A stretch of DNA of 64,000 nucleotides, taken from positions 2,540 through 66,539 of the forward strand of contig CAIKAH010000001.1 of assembly GCA_903825355.1 (NCBI GenBank), given 5' to 3'. Position numbers and translations under genes: made by a program. How positions within the stretch are numbered: the first letter of the stretch is position 1; every line of letters starts with the position of its first letter. This stretch comes from an uncultured bacterium (lineage in GTDB: Bacteria; Babelota; Babeliae; Babelales; RVW-14). Positions 1 through 8,758 of the stretch are shown here, in pieces. The notes beneath the pieces were generated by a model. The model was not told the origin of the DNA, searched no databases, and saw nothing but the letters and a program-made list of their open reading frames with translations.

Positions 1-548
1 TGCGCAACAGGAAAAGCAATAGCCGCCTGCCACGGTATATGCCGTATAGCATTCCTGTAACAAAGCTGTGTTGTCGCATAGAGTGACGAAAAACCTGGTT
101 GCAAGCTAATAACACTTGCATATTCATTCAACCACTGTTGTGCTGACTTTGGCGTAGCCCCTCTACCGCTAGGAAAAATTGCTGCAACCGCTGGTGGTAT
201 TATGGTATTTTCACCAACAATTTGTAGCCACATAGCTGAAATGTCTCGATCACCGGGCGCATTCGCACCTTTTACCGTTAGATTATTTTTGCCATGGGGT
301 AAAAAATACGAAGCAAAGCGACTATCATTCGTTGATACCTGATAGCCAGCCGTAGCGTTAAAACTAAATCCCCCTACGCCAGCTTGTGCGACCTTATAAT
401 CAGCATGGTCAGCAAATTGCAAGAGCTGATCTGCCAAAGGTGCACGTGGTTGAAAAAATGATCTTCCCGTTACCTGCCCAGCGGTGGCGCTAACCGCATA
501 CATTCCTAAAAAACCCAATACATACCACAAGCAATTAATCTTTTTCAT
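1..548 (-). CDS. Secreted or outer-membrane-associated protein, N-terminal part only (gene continues beyond the left edge)
   Basis: My own minus-strand translation from the ATG at 548-546 stays open to position 1: MKKINCLWYVLGFLGMYAVSATAGQVTGRSFFQPRAPLADQ... The N-terminus looks like a signal peptide. The start overlaps the stop of the upstream coiled-coil gene by 14 nt. It is absent from the ORF track because it is truncated. Confidence 0.55.
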   Translation of the reverse strand, partial: MKKINCLWYVLGFLGMYAVSATAGQVTGRSFFQPRAPLADQLLQFADHADYKVAQAGVGGFSFNATAGYQVSTNDSRFASYFLPHGKNNLTVKGANAPGDRDISAMWLQIVGENTIIPPAVAAIFPSGRGATPKSAQQWLNEYASVISLQPGFSSLYATTQLCYRNAIRHIPWQAAIAFPVA

Positions 549-2577
549 CTATATCACCATCATCTATTTTAAATCTACTTAACTGTTGCTGCAATGTTGC
601 TATATAACTTTTTTGTTTCTCTAAGCTGCTACTAAGATTCGCTATAACCACTTCTTGTTTAGCAGCTTGATCTTGCAATCTGCCATTTGCTAGATCTTTC
701 TCGCGGCAACGCTCAAAAAATCCTTGGACTTTTGCTTCAGCAAGAGAGATATCACTCCTTAATTGTTCTAACTCCTCTAGTTGCTTCCGATTGTTATCTT
801 GAGTGACTCTAAGCTCTTCTAGTAAATCAGTATTTCTAGCTTGCAATGACTCCGCAGCCTTAGCTTTACTCTTTGCCTCCTGCAAGCTACGAATAGACTC
901 TTCATTTCTCACATTTAAATCACTAACCCTATCGAGTAGCTTTTTATTCTCCTGCAAGCAATCATCCAGTTGAGCGCTGAGCTGACGCTGGTTTCCCGTC
1001 ATGGTACGTAAAACCTTTTCAAGCGGTCCTTTTTTTTCTTCTTCTTTTTGCAATGAAGAAATTTTATCTTTGTCAATTTTATTTTGATCTTCTAAAGTAC
1101 TCACCTGTTCATTTAAAAAAGCTATTTCTTTAGTCAATGTTTCTACTTGTTGTTCTATACGAAGCCGTGTTTCTTCTGCAAGCTTATGTTGCTTAATTAA
1201 TGCATTATTTTTTTCTTGCAACTCCGCTACCGCCAATCTAAGCCTTTGCTGCTCAACCACTGATGCTTGTAATTCTTGGGCCTCACGTTGCTTCATACCA
1301 TCCATTATCGAACGCCACTCGGCTTCAAGCGAAGGATCAAATAAAGGCTCACTTGTCAGTGCAGGCGCAGTTGTATCAACTGGTTTTTCTCTGCTGGCCA
1401 ACTGTGCACGTAGCCTAGCGTTTTTTATTTTCAGTTTATCAAACTCACGCTGCATCCAACTAAACTCTGGATCTTTTCCCACTGTATCTTTTAAATCAGG
1501 TGGTACAGAAACGGCCGTTGCTAAGTAATTACGTAACATCTCAATTTCTGCTAACAGACGTTCTCTTTCACGAGCATGCTCTTCTTGCAATACAGTAATA
1601 TGCTGGTGAACTTTCTCTTCTTTTTTTGATAGATGATCTTTCAGCTTTGCTCTACGCATTTTTTGCGCAGCAACATCTCTCCTTTTTTCTTTTGCTACCT
1701 GAGCAGTTCTTACCGCATTAATCACCCACGGCATTTGTCGCTGTATCAACGCTTCTGCATCAACTCCTTCGTACATCCGTACATCACGAGCAGCGCGACA
1801 TTCTAAAAGGGCCAGCCGAGCGGCAAGTTGACGTTGCTTGGCATCATTCAAACTACTAAAATCTATATCCGCAGCACTAACAGCGCTGGAAGATAGATTA
1901 AAACTACTAGAAGAAGCAGCATCTGTTTCTTCAGGGGCTGCTGATTGCAAAATAGTAAGTAATTCGCCATATGATTTTTGTGGAAACATACTTTTTATAT
2001 CGCCACTAATGCGTTGAAGCTCCTGAGATAGTTTTTTTATTTTCTTTCGAGACGAGGCTCGCATTTTCCAACGGGTAAAAGCATCTTTTAGAATGCCGTG
2101 CTCAGCCCCTTTTTTAACATGCTCTGCCTCGAGCTTCATCCGAGCCGCTTCAGCTTCAGCCTTCAAGCGCTCTTTTTCTGCTGCAGCCGCTAGTGCTTGC
2201 TCACGTTTAGCTTCATCTTCAGCTGCTTTTAAAGCTGCTTCATGCTTAAGTCTTTCTACTTCGATGGCACGCAGCTGATCCTCTTCTATCTTTTTTTTAA
2301 TTGCTACAATTTTTGATTCAGCCATTGTTTGCACATTTGTCCATTCTTTTCGCTCTTGCTTATGGAGAAGGGATTGAGCCAACTTAGTATTTGCTATGGA
2401 TTTAATATTTTCTGCCTCTGACAAACTGAGAGAAGAAGTTGTAAGACTTACTAGCAAGGAGCTCGCTGAAACTTCACCTGTACTAAAAGACATACCAGTA
2501 GACGAACTAACTAAAAAATATGGCGACAGAAATATCATCTGCACCATGAAAATTCTTAAAAAATGATATTTCTTCAT
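535..2577 (-). CDS. Large secreted coiled-coil protein, function unknown
   Basis: The track ORF is 535..2610. I prefer the internal ATG at 2577 (MKKYHFLRIFMVQMIFLSPYFLVSS, signal-like). A Ser-rich stretch follows, then about 600 aa of E/K/Q/L/A heptad-type sequence with no catalytic motif I recognise. Confidence 0.8.
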   Translation of the reverse strand: MKKYHFLRIFMVQMIFLSPYFLVSSSTGMSFSTGEVSASSLLVSLTTSSLSLSEAENIKSIANTKLAQSLLHKQERKEWTNVQTMAESKIVAIKKKIEEDQLRAIEVERLKHEAALKAAEDEAKREQALAAAAEKERLKAEAEAARMKLEAEHVKKGAEHGILKDAFTRWKMRASSRKKIKKLSQELQRISGDIKSMFPQKSYGELLTILQSAAPEETDAASSSSFNLSSSAVSAADIDFSSLNDAKQRQLAARLALLECRAARDVRMYEGVDAEALIQRQMPWVINAVRTAQVAKEKRRDVAAQKMRRAKLKDHLSKKEEKVHQHITVLQEEHARERERLLAEIEMLRNYLATAVSVPPDLKDTVGKDPEFSWMQREFDKLKIKNARLRAQLASREKPVDTTAPALTSEPLFDPSLEAEWRSIMDGMKQREAQELQASVVEQQRLRLAVAELQEKNNALIKQHKLAEETRLRIEQQVETLTKEIAFLNEQVSTLEDQNKIDKDKISSLQKEEEKKGPLEKVLRTMTGNQRQLSAQLDDCLQENKKLLDRVSDLNVRNEESIRSLQEAKSKAKAAESLQARNTDLLEELRVTQDNNRKQLEELEQLRSDISLAEAKVQGFFERCREKDLANGRLQDQAAKQEVVIANLSSSLEKQKSYIATLQQQLSRFKIDDGDIDEKD

Positions 2578-2804
2578 AACTAACACCCATTCACAAAACA
2601 CATTAATCAATATCTTCTATACTAAATTACTTATCCAAGTATTAAAAAATAATGCTCCTAGATGCACGTTTTTGAGAAAAATAGTACTAAAAAGCTGATT
2701 CAAGCTTTTTTTTGGATTCGTGCGTTTAAGTAAAATATTTTTCTACACTGCTTCATCTTCAACCCCTAAATATGTTTAATCCTCTTTGTGCTTAAAGGTA
2801 CTAT

Positions 2805-5207
2805 ATGAAAAAAAATATGATTTCCAGCGCAGCTTTTTTCTGCTTTTTACTACTAGCGACGCGCTGTCTTGCAACCCCCGCAGTTGCATTAGAACAACAG
2901 TTAAAAAGCAGTTCCCTTACCATAGAGACAGCAAAATTGATTGAACACGAAGCGAACAATATGCTGAATCAATCAAACATATCGAAAGCAGACCGGCAGA
3001 TATTCACTAAGATTTACTTGACCGCACAACAAAAAATCGCTGCACTTACAGCAACACTTGATCAGCTTGCGCTAGCAAAAGCTGAAGCAAAAGGAAAAAC
3101 AGCACAGATAGCAGCAGCGGCGGCCGATGCAGCGGCTTATCTGCAAAAAGCAGCAGATGACCATGGCGTTACAACTTGTAGCCCTGCCATAAATATAACC
3201 TATAGCACGCCTTCTGACCCTGAGGTGTACAATGATGCTATTCGTCAGGCACTTATTGCGCAGGCCACATCACCATTTCCAAACAAAGAAGGCGTAATTG
3301 CCTTTATTAATGAGGCAACCCATAAGCTGTATGTAGATATAAACATGCTATACAGCAAGACCATTCCTCCCGCCACTTCAAGTAGCACTGTCCATCTGCC
3401 CGCATTGAAAAAAACTACCGATAAACTTCAACGAGCAACAAAAAAGACTACGCACTTAGTCAAAAAAAACAAAAAACGAAAAGACCAACGACTAACTGCA
3501 CTTGCAGCAAAAAAGACAGCTGATAATGCAAGGGCAGCAGCAGAAGCTGAACAAATGCAATCTAAAGCGACTGCTGATAAAGCAGATGCTGATGCTGCAG
3601 CAGCTAGAAAAGCAGCTAAAAAAGCTGCGAAAATTAAGGAGCAAATTATAACAGCCGCGAAAAATAGAGTTGCTAAAGAAAAAGCAGAGCAGCATAAACT
3701 TGATGCAATAGTAAAAAAAACATTACGAGAACAGCAAGAAGCAGAGCATTTGTTCAAAGAAAAAGAAGCAAAACTCAACGCAACAATCAGCGATGAAAAA
3801 AATAAATTGCAACAAGCTCAAGATACTGCCAAAGCTGCTCTTGCTGCACAACGAGAGGCAGAGCGCTCAGCACAACAAGCTGCCGATCGTGAAGCAGCAG
3901 CAATTGCCGCCGCGACACAAGCAGGACAAACAGCTGATCAAGAAAAAATCAATCGTGCTGCTGCAGACGCTGCAAAACAAGAAGCAAATCAGGCGAGAGC
4001 GCTTGCTGAGGAAAAAGCACTCCAAGCAGAAGCAGCTCAACAAAGAGCTGTCGCAGCAAAACAAATAGCAGAGAATGCACTTGCAGAACTAAAACAACAA
4101 CAAAGCGCGCTAGAAGGAGCGCATCAACAAGCGCAGGCAGCACTTATTACCAAAGAAAATGAAGTAGCTAAGCAAAAAAAGAAAGCTAAGACCAGAAAGC
4201 AGCAATTAGCACAAGAAACCCAACGAAATAGCACCTTAGCAACGAGCCTGAAAACGCTACAACCACAACTTATAACAGCACAACGTGCTGTACAAAAACT
4301 CACCACCGAGCGCGACACGGCACTTGCTCAGGTTGCTACTGCACAAGAAGCTGCACGGTTAGCTGTTGCAGCCCTCACAGCATCACAGGCGGCACTACAA
4401 GAAGCACAACTTGCACTACGGGAAAAAACAAGTGAATTACAAATAACTAGAGCTGAGTTAGCAGAGGCTCGAAAAAAAGTAGTTACAGCAGAAGAGATAG
4501 CCGCTACTGCAGGAGCGCGCGCAGCTGCAATAGAACAAAAACTACGCCAGGCAGAGAGTGAAAAAGATGAAGCTCTTGCAAAAGCATTAGATCAGTTAAG
4601 CAGCGTAACCACTGAACTACAAAGCAAAACAATATCACCAGCACGTAGTGATACCCCAACCTCACCCCGGTCAAGCAGCTCATTTTCTAGTGAAGGAGAT
4701 GATTCACCTCGATCTGCTACGTCAGAAGTGCCAGGCGAACCGCGTGTGTTTGGCATGACACAAAAAGATATTTTAATTGCATTGCAACAGTTCATCATCA
4801 AGGGTAATCGTTTCACTGGAACTATGAGTAAAAATAATATTGTTGATATTGGCACTAACCGTAAGGTAATGAGATCAAACACCAGCAACCTACAAGCAAA
4901 CATGCTGCTCATTCGTGATATTGTTTTTCGGCTTGCGGAAACAACTGCCCTCTATAGAGGGAAAAACACTCCTACCATTCAGCATGGGCTCGATTTAACT
5001 GAAGAACAGTTGCGTGAGCAATACAGCGGCAGCAAACAACTTCGGGGAGGAGGTATGGCTGCTGAAAAAAAGAATGCTGTCACGTTAGAAGAGTTAGCGG
5101 GGATGCTCTTTATGAATTTAAAAGAAGCAAAAGAAAATACCGCTCGCCCTACTAGAGAGCCAATCCTCAATAAATTTGGTATTGAGTTATCACGACTGCA
5201 TAAGTGA
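2805..5207 (+). CDS. Large secreted Ala/Lys/Gln/Glu-rich coiled-coil protein with a distinct C-terminal domain, function unknown
   Basis: 800-aa ORF with a signal-like N-terminus (MKKNMISSAAFFCFLLLATRCLA). Residues about 230-620 are nearly pure A/K/Q/E low-complexity helix. An S/P-rich linker (SPARSDTPTSPRSSSSFSSEGDDSPRS) follows, then a roughly 160-aa non-repetitive C-terminal region. Confidence 0.8.
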   Translation: MKKNMISSAAFFCFLLLATRCLATPAVALEQQLKSSSLTIETAKLIEHEANNMLNQSNISKADRQIFTKIYLTAQQKIAALTATLDQLALAKAEAKGKTAQIAAAAADAAAYLQKAADDHGVTTCSPAINITYSTPSDPEVYNDAIRQALIAQATSPFPNKEGVIAFINEATHKLYVDINMLYSKTIPPATSSSTVHLPALKKTTDKLQRATKKTTHLVKKNKKRKDQRLTALAAKKTADNARAAAEAEQMQSKATADKADADAAAARKAAKKAAKIKEQIITAAKNRVAKEKAEQHKLDAIVKKTLREQQEAEHLFKEKEAKLNATISDEKNKLQQAQDTAKAALAAQREAERSAQQAADREAAAIAAATQAGQTADQEKINRAAADAAKQEANQARALAEEKALQAEAAQQRAVAAKQIAENALAELKQQQSALEGAHQQAQAALITKENEVAKQKKKAKTRKQQLAQETQRNSTLATSLKTLQPQLITAQRAVQKLTTERDTALAQVATAQEAARLAVAALTASQAALQEAQLALREKTSELQITRAELAEARKKVVTAEEIAATAGARAAAIEQKLRQAESEKDEALAKALDQLSSVTTELQSKTISPARSDTPTSPRSSSSFSSEGDDSPRSATSEVPGEPRVFGMTQKDILIALQQFIIKGNRFTGTMSKNNIVDIGTNRKVMRSNTSNLQANMLLIRDIVFRLAETTALYRGKNTPTIQHGLDLTEEQLREQYSGSKQLRGGGMAAEKKNAVTLEELAGMLFMNLKEAKENTARPTREPILNKFGIELSRLHK

Positions 5208-5299
5208 AGCAAACGCATTTAAGTATGTTTTTTACGGGTCATCAGAAGAAGTTCTCTTAGCGCCTGCCTTTTTTTTCAACTTGTAGTGCCTAAAAATAG

Positions 5300-5328
5300 T
5301 TGACAAAAAGGCAGGCCGGCTTTAGATT
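5300..5328 (+). promoter_or_regulatory. Candidate sigma70-type promoter upstream of spoVG
   Basis: TTGACA (5300-5305), 17-nt spacer, TAGATT (5323-5328), about 100 nt upstream of the spoVG ATG. This is a sequence match only. Confidence 0.4.
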
Positions 5329-5429
5329 GATGCCAGATCGTCGCAGTAATATGTATGATTAGCGCGGTGGCAAGGCGTTTACAAAAAATCGCTGGCAACC
5401 AGATGTGACCAAAAAAGTCGGAGAAGTTC

Positions 5430-5693
5430 ATGGAGATCACAGAAGTAAAAGTTTTTCCAGCTAATGAAGGAAGACTTAAAGGATATGCAACAATGGTATT
5501 TGACAACGCCTTTATCGTGCGGGACATGAAAATTATCCAAAGCGACGAGGGATATTTTGTTTCTATGCCTTCACGAAGAAAAAAGGACGGATCGTTCAAA
5601 GACATCGTCCATCCGTTGAATGCAGAAACTCGCCAAGAAATTGAAAATAAAGTTATCGAAGAATATAAAAAAGTAGTTGGCGAAGTCGCATAA
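5430..5693 (+). CDS. spoVG: SpoVG family protein
   Basis: The 87-aa sequence MEITEVKVFPANEGRLKGYATMVFDNAFIVRDMKIIQSDEGYFVSMPSRRKKDGSFKDIVHPLNAETRQEIE matches the SpoVG fold signature over its full length. Confidence 0.9.
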   Translation: MEITEVKVFPANEGRLKGYATMVFDNAFIVRDMKIIQSDEGYFVSMPSRRKKDGSFKDIVHPLNAETRQEIENKVIEEYKKVVGEVA

Positions 5694-5731
5694 TTAGTGT
5701 AGTATATGTCACATCTTGATTGAAATTTGAT

Positions 5732-5806
5732 TGGGGCGTGGCCAAGTGGTAAGGCAGCAGGTTTTGGTCCTGCCATTCGGAGGTTCGAATCCTTCCGCCC
5801 CAGCCA
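5732..5806 (+). tRNA. tRNA-Gln (anticodon TTG), CCA encoded
   Basis: Manual cloverleaf: acceptor TGGGGCG/CGCCCCA, D arm GCC-AAGTGGTAA-GGC, anticodon stem GCAGG/CCTGC with loop TT-TTG-GT, T arm GGAGG-TTCGAAT-CCTTC, then G-CCA. Confidence 0.9.
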
Positions 5807-5828
5807 ACATCATAAGGAAATAACTGCA

Positions 5829-6659
5829 GTGAGCAGCTTGCATCCTATCGAAAAAAATGTGAAGGCTTCCTCGTTTGAGGAAGCCTTCTTTCATTCTAAC
5901 GAAACATACATTCATCCAACCGCTGTCATCGGAGATCATGTCACGCTTGGCAAAGGCGTTAAGATTGGCCCCTTTTGCACTGTAGTTGGCAACACGAGTA
6001 TCGGTGACAACACGCGCTTGCATGCACATGTTACTATTGGGCTTCCCGGCCAAGTAGTTGGCGTATTGCAAAGCTTGGGAACCATTATCATTGGGAGCAA
6101 TTGCGAAATTCGTGAATTTGTTACCGTACATGGAGCACGGACTGATGAAGGCTCCACGCGCATTGGCAATAATTGCTACATCATGCATAATGCACATGTG
6201 GCGCACGATGTAATCATCGGCAATAATGTTGTAGTCAACCCAGATGTTAATTTTGGGGGACATACCGTAGTTGAAGATCGTGCCGTCATCATGACCGGCA
6301 GTGCCACACACCAGTTTACGCACATTGGTACCCTTACAGCGTTAGCACCGTTCAGCGGCATTCGACAGGACTTACCACCTTTTTGTATTTTTAGTGGCAA
6401 ACCAGGAGCTTTTTTTGGCCTCAATGTAGTGGGCTTGCGACGAAATGGCGTACCGCGTGAAAGTATTAATGCCTTAAAACACGTTACTAATCTTTTTTAT
6501 CTTGAAAAGCTCCCATTGCAAAAAATAACCGATACTAGCATTGCCGAGCCAAGCTGGGGAAGCGACCAGTACGTGCAGCAATTTTTAACCTTTGTACACA
6601 ATAGCACGCGCGGGGTTTCTCGCCGTTGCGGTAAAGAATCTGAAGCGGAACTACTATGA
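5829..6659 (+). CDS. lpxA: Acyl-ACP--UDP-N-acetylglucosamine O-acyltransferase (LpxA)
   Basis: Left-handed beta-helix hexapeptide repeats (IHPTAVIGDHVTLGKGVKIGPFCTVVGNTSIGDNTRLHAHVTIG...) plus a C-terminal helical domain (GLNVVGLRRNGVPRESINALKHV), colinear with E. coli LpxA. The track ORF starts at 5727 but that part is the tRNA-Gln. I place the start at the in-frame GTG at 5829; the exact start is uncertain. Confidence 0.85.
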   Translation: MSSLHPIEKNVKASSFEEAFFHSNETYIHPTAVIGDHVTLGKGVKIGPFCTVVGNTSIGDNTRLHAHVTIGLPGQVVGVLQSLGTIIIGSNCEIREFVTVHGARTDEGSTRIGNNCYIMHNAHVAHDVIIGNNVVVNPDVNFGGHTVVEDRAVIMTGSATHQFTHIGTLTALAPFSGIRQDLPPFCIFSGKPGAFFGLNVVGLRRNGVPRESINALKHVTNLFYLEKLPLQKITDTSIAEPSWGSDQYVQQFLTFVHNSTRGVSRRCGKESEAELL

Positions 6660-7663
6660 TAAAACTAGGCATCATCGGGCTTGGCAAAATGGGCGGCTAC
6701 CACGCTTCCATCTCACAAACGTTGCCCAACGTTAAACTCGTTGCTGTTGCTGACCCGCACCAATCAAATCTAGACAAAGTTACAGACCAAACGGTTATCA
6801 AAACTAACGATTTTACGCTCTGGCTTGATCAAGTTGACGCGGTTATTATTGCTATTCAAACCGCTAAGCATTATGCCGCAGCAAAAACATGCTTAGAGCA
6901 TGGAAAACACATTTTAGTTGAAAAGCCTATCACTAGTACTAGCGAGCAAGCAGCAGAGCTGTTTGCCTTAGCACATAAAAACAATCTTGCTTTGCATGTG
7001 GGACACGTTGAGCGCTTTAATGGCGCCATTCAAGAACTTAAGAAAATTGTTACTCGGCCACTTTTTATTGAGTGCCATCGCATGGGGCCATTTGTTCAGC
7101 GTGCAGCACGCGATAGTGTGGTGCTTGACCTCATGATTCACGATGTTGATTTGGTGCTGAGCCTGGTGAATGAAAAACCGGTCAGCGTTACAGCCCATGG
7201 CAGCAGTGTACACTCCCCACTAGCTGACGTTGCTAGCGTACAGCTTACGTTTCCTAGCGGGTGCATAGCTTCTGTAGTAGCAAGCCGTGCCTCCCAAATT
7301 AAACAGCGCAGTATGACGGTACATGAAAAAGAGGCGTTTTATCATCTAGATTTTACTACGCAAGATTTAGTAATTCACCGACAAACGAGCTCAAGCGTGC
7401 AGGTAGGACTCGATCAATTACGCTATCGCCAAGAGTCACTGATTGAACATGTTTTTGTACACAAAGATAATCCGCTCAAACTTGAGATCATGCATTTTAT
7501 TCGTGCTATTGAAACGCAACAAGACATGCGCAATGCCCTGCAGGACATTCAAGCATTAGATATTATTGTTGAAATTGAGCGGCAGTTGAGCGTGCAAATG
7601 GGTAACGCTTTGAACAGCACTACAACCCCTACGGAGCATCGTTCGACAACTATGACGATATAA
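6656..7663 (+). CDS. Gfo/Idh/MocA-family NAD(P)-dependent oxidoreductase (possible UDP-GlcNAc 3-dehydrogenase GnnA-like)
   Basis: N-terminal Rossmann motif MIKLGIIGLGKMGGYHA, then EKP (ILVEKPIT) and a family-typical C-terminal domain. The ATGA start/stop overlap with lpxA suggests translational coupling. Confidence 0.8.
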   Translation: MIKLGIIGLGKMGGYHASISQTLPNVKLVAVADPHQSNLDKVTDQTVIKTNDFTLWLDQVDAVIIAIQTAKHYAAAKTCLEHGKHILVEKPITSTSEQAAELFALAHKNNLALHVGHVERFNGAIQELKKIVTRPLFIECHRMGPFVQRAARDSVVLDLMIHDVDLVLSLVNEKPVSVTAHGSSVHSPLADVASVQLTFPSGCIASVVASRASQIKQRSMTVHEKEAFYHLDFTTQDLVIHRQTSSSVQVGLDQLRYRQESLIEHVFVHKDNPLKLEIMHFIRAIETQQDMRNALQDIQALDIIVEIERQLSVQMGNALNSTTTPTEHRSTTMTI

Positions 7664-7666
7664 TAA

Positions 7667-7873
7667 ACCGCTCTTTCTTGGCCCATTGGGCCTGCACCCA
7701 TTCGAGATGCTCAGGGTGAGCGGGGGAATAAACAGATGTACACAATTTTTCTCATACAAAAATCCACTAATCCTTTTTTAATAACGGTTAGCTTTTATTT
7801 AGGTAATATACAAAATGCCGCTCCCCCTGAGCAAGGTCGAAGGGCGAAGTCCGCCAGGACGAGAAAGAGCGGT
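7667..7873. repeat. Long imperfect palindromic GC-rich element (two inverted units of about 60 nt around an AT-rich spacer of about 90 nt)
   Basis: The outer 14 nt ACCGCTCTTTCTTG (7667-7680) pair with CGAGAAAGAGCGGT (7860-7873). The inner GCTCAGGGTGAGCGG (7710-7724) pairs with CCGCTCCCCCTGAGC (7818-7832) with 1 mismatch. The middle parts are partly complementary. It fills the spacer between the oxidoreductase gene and lpxI. Related units occur at 16.7, 33.0 and 58.8 kb. Confidence 0.75.
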
Positions 7874-7878
7874 ACCTA

Positions 7879-8682
7879 ATGATTGCTGTCATTGCCGGAA
7901 CCGGCTCTTTACCTACAGAGGCATGCAAAAAATTAGTACAAGAAGGCAAAGCTTTTTTTGTCGTATGCCTGTTCCCTGAAGAAAATCAGCAACAGTTGCA
8001 GGCCGTCATCGGGCATGGGATTGAGCTGGTAGCTGAAAAATGTTTTAAAGCTGGTACTATCCTACGCAAGCTCCAAGAGCGAAAAACAAAACAGGTATTG
8101 TTTATTGGCAAAGTTGATAAAAATAACCTTCTTAAGCAACTTAAACTAGATTGGCTAGCCCTCAAAATAATGGGTTCGCTTGTTACTCGTGGCGACAAAG
8201 ATGTAATGGAAGCGCTGCTCAAAGAGCTTGCCAGTAATGGTATAAGCACCATCCGCCAAGATGAAGTTTTAGATGGGTTGCTCGTCAAACCAGGCATACT
8301 CTGTGGAGAACTTACCAAAACATTAGAAGCGAGCATTCAACTGGGAATCAAAACAGCGCTCACCATATCAAAAGCTGATATTGGACAAACCGTGGTGGTA
8401 AAAGATGCTATGGTGCTTGCCGTAGAAGCAATAGAAGGAACCGACGCCTGCATTCAGCGAGGACTGGCATTAGGCAAAGAAGGGGTAGTCATCTGCAAGG
8501 CTGCGCACCAAGAACAAAATAAATCATATGATTTGCCAACGCTAGGCCCAAAATCACTTGCAAGCTTTAAACCAGGTGATGTAGCAGCTATCGCTTGGGT
8601 TGCCTCTCATACCTTAATTGCTGAAAAAGAGCAGTTTATTGCTCAAGCCAAAGAACTTGAGATTATGCTAATAGCAGTTTAA
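7879..8682 (+). CDS. lpxI: UDP-2,3-diacylglucosamine hydrolase LpxI (DUF1009 family)
   Basis: Has the MIAVIAGTGSLP N-terminus, FIGKVDK, and the C-terminal DIGQTVVVKDAMVLAVEAIEGTDACIQRG and KSYDLPTLGPKSL motifs typical of LpxI. It sits in an lpx gene context. Confidence 0.85.
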   Translation: MIAVIAGTGSLPTEACKKLVQEGKAFFVVCLFPEENQQQLQAVIGHGIELVAEKCFKAGTILRKLQERKTKQVLFIGKVDKNNLLKQLKLDWLALKIMGSLVTRGDKDVMEALLKELASNGISTIRQDEVLDGLLVKPGILCGELTKTLEASIQLGIKTALTISKADIGQTVVVKDAMVLAVEAIEGTDACIQRGLALGKEGVVICKAAHQEQNKSYDLPTLGPKSLASFKPGDVAAIAWVASHTLIAEKEQFIAQAKELEIMLIAV

Positions 8683-8697
8683 TTTTTAGATATCCCG

Positions 8698-8741
8698 ATA
8701 GCAAAAATACCCAAGTTTTTAGGCTAGGGTATTTTTGCTAT
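8698..8741. terminator. Hairpin between convergent lpxI and the ABC-F gene (possible bidirectional terminator)
   Basis: ATAGCAAAAATACCC (8698-8712) pairs perfectly with GGGTATTTTTGCTAT (8727-8741) across a 14-nt loop. The stem is AT-rich and there is no clean U-tract. Confidence 0.4.
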
Positions 8742-8758
8742 AAACATTTTCTAGTTGT

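Noticed and set aside
2093-4912. Many 60-116-aa ORFs inside or antisense to the two coiled-coil genes (for example 2093..2278, 3428..3778, 3492..3695, 3793..4068, 3867..4064, 4124..4318, 4592..4912)
   Set aside because: They lie within much longer ORFs and have skewed compositions (Cys/Ser/Phe/Leu-rich). These are the expected mirror images of GCA/GCT/AAA/CAA-rich coding sequence, so they are artefacts of low-complexity DNA.
5276-6323. Minus-strand ORFs 5276..5776 and 5709..6323, and the 5727 start of the lpxA track ORF
   Set aside because: They run through spoVG, the tRNA-Gln gene and lpxA. The first 34 codons of the 5727 ORF are simply the tRNA read as protein. Well-supported features on the plus strand explain the region.
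7556-7759. 67-aa minus-strand ORF in the oxidoreductase/lpxI spacer
   Set aside because: It overlaps the 3' end of the oxidoreductase gene and one arm of the palindromic repeat. The sequence looks random, and the repeat structure explains the region better.
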